DNA from: a virus
Length of the DNA: 6,176 nucleotides
Reading direction: 5' to 3' (one strand)
Virus record (IMG/VR): IMGVR_UViG_3300034047_000005
Coordinates: 1-6,176 of that record
Shown: one piece after another, positions 4,656 through 6,176 of the stretch
Layout: the number at the start of each line of letters is the position of its first letter
Position numbering within the stretch: the first letter of the stretch is position 1
Position numbers and translations under genes: made by a program
Notes under the pieces: generated by a model
Told to the model about the DNA's origin: nothing
The model's database searches: none
What the model saw: only the letters and a program-made list of their open reading frames with translations

Positions 4656-4931
4656 TCACTTGCCCGCAGGCGCAGCCGGAGCGACAGGCTGCAACGTCAG
4701 GCGGCGCGAGAGCATGAGCTCGCCGTACTGGCCGAGCGCGAAGCTGTCCGGATGGATGTCATAAGCCCCCACCGGATAGACGGCCCCAGTGCCAAGGCCG
4801 ACTTTGAACGGGAGTTCATAGCCGCCGCCGAGCACGAGAGCCGCACGCTGCTCCCGCATGATTTGAGGACGACCGTCTTTTCCGTTGAACTGCTTTTCAT
4901 GGACTTGGTTGTCCTTCACGTTGATATGCAT
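4656..4931 (-). CDS. Gene-V-type ssDNA-binding (helix-destabilising) protein (91 aa)
   Basis: The C-terminal block YDIHPDSFALGQYGELMLSRRLTLQP resembles the Ff gVp block YTVHLSSFKVGQFGSLMIDRLRLVP as I remember it. Size and position immediately after rep fit. The SD GAGGG lies 7 nt upstream. Its start lies 16 nt inside the end of rep. Confidence 0.88.
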   Translation of the reverse strand: MHINVKDNQVHEKQFNGKDGRPQIMREQRAALVLGGGYELPFKVGLGTGAVYPVGAYDIHPDSFALGQYGELMLSRRLTLQPVAPAAPAGK

Positions 4932-6052
4932 AGTTGAGCCCTCACGAGGCTTTCAAGTTGATTTGCTGCGCCGGTATTTTTGAAGCGCGAGGGCAGCGAG
5001 TCCCGCGCAACGTTCGCCCGCAAGAAAGCAGGCGCATCTTCACCAAGAGCGCGGTACAGCAGGCCGAGGGTTGGCCCGCACTGTTCACGCAACCACTTAA
5101 CCGCAGCAGTCGCGGTCGCTTCTACCTTCGCTTTCACAACGTGCAAGGTTTCGAGCAGATCATCGAGACTGATAGACGCCGTGAGCTCCGCGAGCAGCGC
5201 ATGGGCGCCGCGCAGGTAGCGCAAAGGCGCCGTGAGAATGTCGTATGGAAGACCACCACGAACGCTTGCCGAGCCGTCCTCGCAATCCCGAAAATGCTTG
5301 CCGTAAAAACGCTGTTCCGCACGCACCCATGGCGAGGTTTGATCCTTGAGCTGCTTTCCCTTTTCGTAAACGCAGAGCTCCTTGTGACCCTTCTTTCCCA
5401 CGTAGAGCGTGCAGCCGGTAGCGTTCCCGTGGTCGTCAAGGAATCGAGACTTCGGAGGACGGCCAGCCCCGGCGAAATGTCCGCTCTGCGCCCTGGCAGC
5501 GAGCTCGCGCACATCGAACAACTGACCGGAGAAGTCATCGAGCGCCACATCGACGCGAGACACGCGAGCCTGCACAATTTCAAGCTGCAACCGGACGTGC
5601 GCCCAATCCTTCACCCAGCGACAGCCCGCGCCGGTCAGGTCAAACATGAGAGAACCGCGGTTGCCGCCGAAGCACACATGACCGCAGAGCGCCCCCTCGC
5701 GGTCGAGCATGACGCAAGAGTTTTCATAGAAATTCAACGAGCGCCCGGAAGGCCGCAGCACGCGGATACCGCAGTCGCCCAAGAGAAACTGCGCCAAATA
5801 GTCGAGGTTTGTTGCTGCGCACTCCTCAAGCCTTTCGAGCGAAATCGACACCGTCAGCCAGTCGATGCCGCAGGCGAAACCGTCTGCCGTAGACTTTTGG
5901 CCCCTGTTAGTTTCCGGGCCGAAGGCACCAGCCGGAGCGCTTTTCACCGGGTGAGCCGGTGTAAAGCCAGAAATCAACGACTTACGAGCATCAGACGCAG
6001 CAGCAGAGGCGCAGCGCAGCGCGTGACGCATATCGAGCGAGTCAAGGCTCAT
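4916..6052 (-). CDS. Rolling-circle replication initiation protein, Rep_trans family (378 aa)
   Basis: The block CTLYVGKKGHKELCVYEKGKQ matches the Rep_trans signature (Y-I/V-G, a basic stretch, then hydrophobic-Y-D/E-K). The N-terminal IDWLTVS block is typical of the family. It is the first large gene of the operon and is followed by the SSB gene. Confidence 0.9.
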   Translation of the reverse strand: MSLDSLDMRHALRCASAAASDARKSLISGFTPAHPVKSAPAGAFGPETNRGQKSTADGFACGIDWLTVSISLERLEECAATNLDYLAQFLLGDCGIRVLRPSGRSLNFYENSCVMLDREGALCGHVCFGGNRGSLMFDLTGAGCRWVKDWAHVRLQLEIVQARVSRVDVALDDFSGQLFDVRELAARAQSGHFAGAGRPPKSRFLDDHGNATGCTLYVGKKGHKELCVYEKGKQLKDQTSPWVRAEQRFYGKHFRDCEDGSASVRGGLPYDILTAPLRYLRGAHALLAELTASISLDDLLETLHVVKAKVEATATAAVKWLREQCGPTLGLLYRALGEDAPAFLRANVARDSLPSRFKNTGAANQLESLVRAQLCIST

Positions 6053-6176
6053 GCTGCTGACCTACGAGAAGCAGCAACGCGGAAAGCGTCGAGCGCGCAG
6101 GACGCAGCACCACGCGACGCCCGCACCGCCCCGTGAAGGTCACCAGCAGCAACGCAGGAAGCACGCTCACGCAGGA
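6049..6176 (-). CDS. 3' part of the same junction-spanning 88-aa ORF; 6083-6176 duplicates 1-94
   Basis: Same reading frame as 1-233 once position 1 is equated with 6083. The stop TGA (6051-6049) overlaps the rep ATG (6052-6050) as ATGA. Confidence 0.45.
   Translation of the reverse strand, partial: LRERASCVAAGDLHGAVRASRGAASCALDAFRVAASRRSAA
6083..6176. repeat. Terminal redundancy (wrap-around of a circular molecule), copy 2
   Basis: Identical to 1-94. Offset is 6082 bp. Confidence 0.95.

Larger units (their letters stand above)
1..6082. mobile_element. Complete circular filamentous-phage (Inoviridae-like) genome or replicative form, unit length 6082 bp
   Basis: The full inovirus module set lies on one strand in canonical order (Rep, gV-like SSB, small coat proteins, pIII-like, pVI-like, pI/Zot), with one divergent HTH regulator. 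The window ends are a 94-bp exact wrap-around. An ORF becomes complete only when the ends are joined. Confidence 0.85.

Noticed and set aside
3673-4717. Plus ORFs 3673..3960 and 4424..4717 share the peptide RRKGQALSCTSH, which hints at paralogous proteins
   Set aside because: The shared peptide comes from translating the 82-bp DNA repeat on the non-gene strand. Similarity stops at the repeat borders.
4934-6136. 400-aa plus-strand ORF, the longest in the track
   Set aside because: It is antisense to rep, which carries a recognisable Rep_trans signature. The translation is Arg/Ala-rich and low in complexity, with no SD. This is a typical shadow ORF of high-GC coding DNA.
1-6176. Looked for CRISPR arrays, tRNA or rRNA genes, IS elements and toxin-antitoxin or defence cassettes
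   Set aside because: None was seen. The only repeats are the wrap-around, the 82-bp pair with its partial copy, and short hairpins. Recognisable phage functions or their shadow ORFs account for all coding capacity.

Overview
The window is one complete, circularly permuted filamentous-phage (Inoviridae-like) genome. Bases 1-94 are identical to 6083-6176, so the unit length is 6082 bp and the window was opened inside a gene. There is no host flank, tRNA, rRNA, CRISPR array, integrase or transposase. Eight to nine genes lie on the minus strand in canonical inovirus order, tightly packed and partly overlapping. In order they are: an 88-aa ORF that spans the circle junction and is absent from the ORF track; a Rep_trans-type rolling-circle initiator; an Ff gene-V-like ssDNA-binding protein; a 69-aa membrane protein; a 69-aa major coat precursor; a possible 19-aa uORF; a 472-aa Cys/Gly/Pro-rich pIII-like adsorption protein; a 95-aa pVI-like membrane protein; and a pI/Zot assembly ATPase. 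One divergent plus-strand gene encodes a Cro/CI-type HTH regulator, a likely immunity or lysogeny repressor. It is separated from the Rep operon by an 88-bp control region containing a duplicated GTCAA-N6-TTGAACA motif. The least explained structure is an 82-bp direct repeat (78/82 identical, 681 bp apart) that brackets the two-gene capsid module. It carries a fully conserved GC-rich hairpin that closes completely only in the gene-sense strand, and a partial third copy abuts the zot stop codon. A 357-bp non-coding region (625-981) with several hairpins is the candidate site for the origin, packaging signal or attachment site. The many long ORFs on the opposite strand or in other frames are high-GC shadow ORFs. 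All calls come from reading the sequence and remembered family features. No searches were run.
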